This document shows, in pieces, positions 61,565-64,000 of a stretch of 64,000 bases of DNA. The stretch is from Lama guanicoe (lineage: Eukaryota). Numbering within the stretch: position 1 is the stretch's first letter; the number at the start of each line of letters is the position of its first letter. The position numbers were made by a program, and so were the translations under genes. The notes under the pieces were generated by a model. That model was not told the DNA's origin. It did not search any database and worked only from the letters and a program-made list of their open reading frames with translations. Where the stretch lies: NCBI GenBank assembly GCA_013239625.1, contig MU053994.1, positions 1,677,775-1,741,774 of the forward strand. The letters run 5' to 3'.

Positions 61565-61839
61565 CATGGGAAAGAGAATCTCTGTTTCCATGAGGGGCAA
61601 AACTGGAAGGCTCTGAAGGCAGCAACTTCTTGTGCTGTGTGGAGAGACCTGTTGTGCAGCAGCAAAGAATGAAGCCAATGCAGAGAGAAGCAGAGTCAAG
61701 AATATTGGACGAGAGAGAGAGAGCTGACAATATGATGTGTGCTCCTGGATCCAGCCATGCCTGAACTCCAAACCATGGCAATTATATAAAACAAAAATTG
61801 CCTGTTTTGCAATTGCCTATTTGAATTGGGTTTTTCCCT

Positions 61840-62326
61840 TGAAGGGGTACAGAATGAGCCTCTCCAAAACGTGCCACTTTGGCATATGAACTTTTTTGAG
61901 CCGAAGACAATCAAGGCCTAAAAGACTCAGGAAGATATTTTTACCTCCCCTTTTAACTACCTAAAAGAATTCAGATAGGGGGGCTTGACTCAGAGAGAAA
62001 AAGCTATTACCAAAGGTAAGTTTTATTTGAGTGACCTATCTGTATGGCCGGGCAAACATCTAATTACCAAACATCTGCTTTTCTTATTGTCCTGTAAAGC
62101 ACTCTCCCGTCCTTGGAAACCCTAGGCCCCTATCCCATTCCTTAGCTCGGGATGGCATATAAACCTCAACTGCCCTCCTTGCCCTTGGGTCTTATATTTT
62201 TATGGGAATCCCTTAGGTACAAAATGAAATTTGTTTTTCTCCTGTTAATCTGTCTTGTGTTCATTTGATCATTAGACCAGCCAAAGAACCTAGAAGGGTA
62301 GAGGAAAAAAGTTTTCCTCCTCAACA
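61840..62326 (+). mobile_element. ERV1 solo LTR (MER34/MER39-like)
   Basis: TG...CA ends; ccaaaacgtgccactttggcata...; TATA-like catataaa; 3' gaacctagaagggtagagg...caaca; flanks ccct/cctt. Confidence 0.85.
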
Positions 62327-62706
62327 CCTTCATGCAACTTTAAGATCCTTGAGTGAAATGGAACTTAGGAGAAATTACCTTCTTCTTGGAGATTCCTAAA
62401 ATTGTCACCACAAAAAGGGAAGCCGATTCCGCCCAAAAGGCCAGTCTTCTCATGGTTCTGGGGTAAAAGGAGATCGAGGCTGCTCAGCCTCTGCCAAGCA
62501 GGGTGCAGGGCATCTAGTGTGTGGCTCCCCAGTGTCAGACCCACACCTTCAGCCCAGTGACAGGGTTCCAGCCCCGGGGCCCCAGGGGGCTGGTGATCAG
62601 CTTGGAGAATCCCCACCACCACCACCATCACCATCATGAAGTTGAGGTTGGACCCCTCTGGTTTCTATTATTGTAACTTTCAGATGCAAATGTTTACACT
62701 TGTTCC

Positions 62707-63260
62707 TGAAGGGGAGCCGAGTTTGCCAGCCCAAAATATGCCTATTAGGCATCAGGATTATTTTAGGCTGATTATTTTTAAGAAACAACAGTCACAGAAG
62801 ATGCTCTGAAAACAGAGTAGAAGTTTTGTAAGAGACATTTGCATGCACAAGAGACATCTCCATTTTCAAGAGTAGATCCCTCTCTGTCCTGGGAAGAGGA
62901 AGATGACTCTAAATCTCTAGAAACTCTTTGAATGAAGCAGGCGTGGACTTAAATCTGTGCAACAACCTTACCTTTGTTGACTGTGCTTTTCCTGGTCACC
63001 TCCCATAAATGGCCACACCTCCAGCCCCCAGCATCTTCCTTAGTCTTTAGCTGGAAGTGGGATTTAAGGTGGTGGCTTGGGCCATTTCAGGGAGTTAGTA
63101 TTCCTGGGTCTCCTCCATGTATACAGGAGGTATATGTATTATTAAACTTCCATTTGTTTTTCCCGTTAATCTGTCTTCTATTATGGCAGGTGGGGGTAGA
63201 GGGGTTGTCTCAGCCAAGATCCTAGAAGGGTAGAGTGAAAATTATGTTTCCTCCCCCACA
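62707..63260 (+). mobile_element. ERV1 solo LTR (MER34-like, different subfamily)
   Basis: TG...CA ends; cccaaaatatgcctattaggcatcaggattatttt; attaaa; 3' cctagaagggtagag...cccccaca. Confidence 0.85.
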
Positions 63261-64000
63261 GCCCCCTTCCAGCCAGAAAGCCTGCGAGTGCAGCCATCCT
63301 GCCTGTTCTGTGGGTGCAGAGCAGCTGTGCACACCCACCCTCCCAGGAGGAGCAGAGCCAGTGAGTCACTGGGGACCCCATTATCATCTGAACCCCTATC
63401 CTGCACAGCTGAGAAAAGTCATTCCAGCACCTTTGCCCCAGAACAGGATGATGCGCTCTGGACTACTGGTAGCCTCAGCGTCAGTCCAGGAGAGGCTGCA
63501 GATTAAACCCCTCCCTCCAGGGCATCCGGTGCAATCTTGGCCTCAAAGGTGCCCAGTTGCTGTTAGGATCTCGAGAAACCCTGACCCTTTCTGAAGTGCC
63601 TGCTTGTGTTATTTCTGGGCTACCCTCAATCTTTTTCTGGATCATTAATACGCGAATACCCCTATCTTTAGCCGCAGGGTAGTTATCCACCCCTGCCCTC
63701 CTCTCTGTTCCCTTCTGGTGGTTGGCCTTGAAACCCTGACACCAGAAGGTTCTATGGGTGTTCCTTCTAGGAGACAGACAAGAGGACAAATTGTGACTCA
63801 TCCGGCAGCCCAGCCTGGGTTGGGGAAGGAGGGTGCCCCACCACAGGGAGAGGGCAGCAGGCTGAGCCCCAGGAGCCCTGGAGAGGGAGACATCCCATGG
63901 ATGGCCTGCTGTGAACAGTAAGGGGCCCTGGGCCAAGAGGGCGGTTGGTAAGGGGGTGGGGTTCAACCCTGAGCCAGAGCCTGTCTGGCCTCTATGTGTC

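Larger units (their letters stand above)
61160..62360 (+). mobile_element. MaLR LTR (MLT1K-like) hosting MER63-like and MER34-like insertions
   Basis: ctgaccaatcagcacagcccattcccc...gaatgaagccaatgcagagagaagcagag...cctggatccagccatgcctgaa...tttgaattgggttt[insert]catgcaac. Confidence 0.75.

Noticed and set aside
61840..63260. Internally deleted provirus bounded by two LTRs
   Set aside because: LTR middles differ, outer flanks (ccct vs gccc) do not form a TSD, and the MLT1 host resumes right after the first LTR.
6464..63800. About 15 AP-1 heptamers (TGACTCA/TGAGTCA)
   Set aside because: Only about twice the naive expectation, dispersed, and inflated by TG/CA-rich composition from CpG decay.
1..64000. 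Naming the locus or neighbouring gene
   Set aside because: No exon or recognisable conserved sequence lets me identify it without a database search.

Overview
Mammalian non-coding DNA, very probably camelid (alpaca/llama/camel), inferred from one tRNA-Ala-derived SINE resembling camelid Vic-1 (21162-21310), short artiodactyl-type L1 3' ends, and no Alu, B1/B2, BovA, PRE-1 or Can-SINE that I could see. I find no supportable protein-coding gene, RNA gene or CRISPR array. The only protein-like ORFs are L1 ORF2 remnants at 22.4-23.6 kb. The window is rich in old eutherian repeats (MIR, L2, L1M, hAT/Tigger MITEs) and about 30 solo LTRs (MLT1/MLT2, LTR16/LTR33-like, MER34-like) in roughly balanced orientation. 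Between them are repeat-free, motif-rich blocks that look like enhancers in an intergenic regulatory domain. The most notable structures are a TSD-flanked L1 that keeps both termini but has two large internal deletions, a 51-bp tandem duplication doubling a ZNF143-type motif, a 17-bp duplication doubling a YY1 core, and a cluster of homeodomain-dimer/DUX-like 11-mers. Repeat names come from recall of consensus sequences without a search, so subfamily calls and most boundaries are approximate. I see no convincing evidence of a new biological system.
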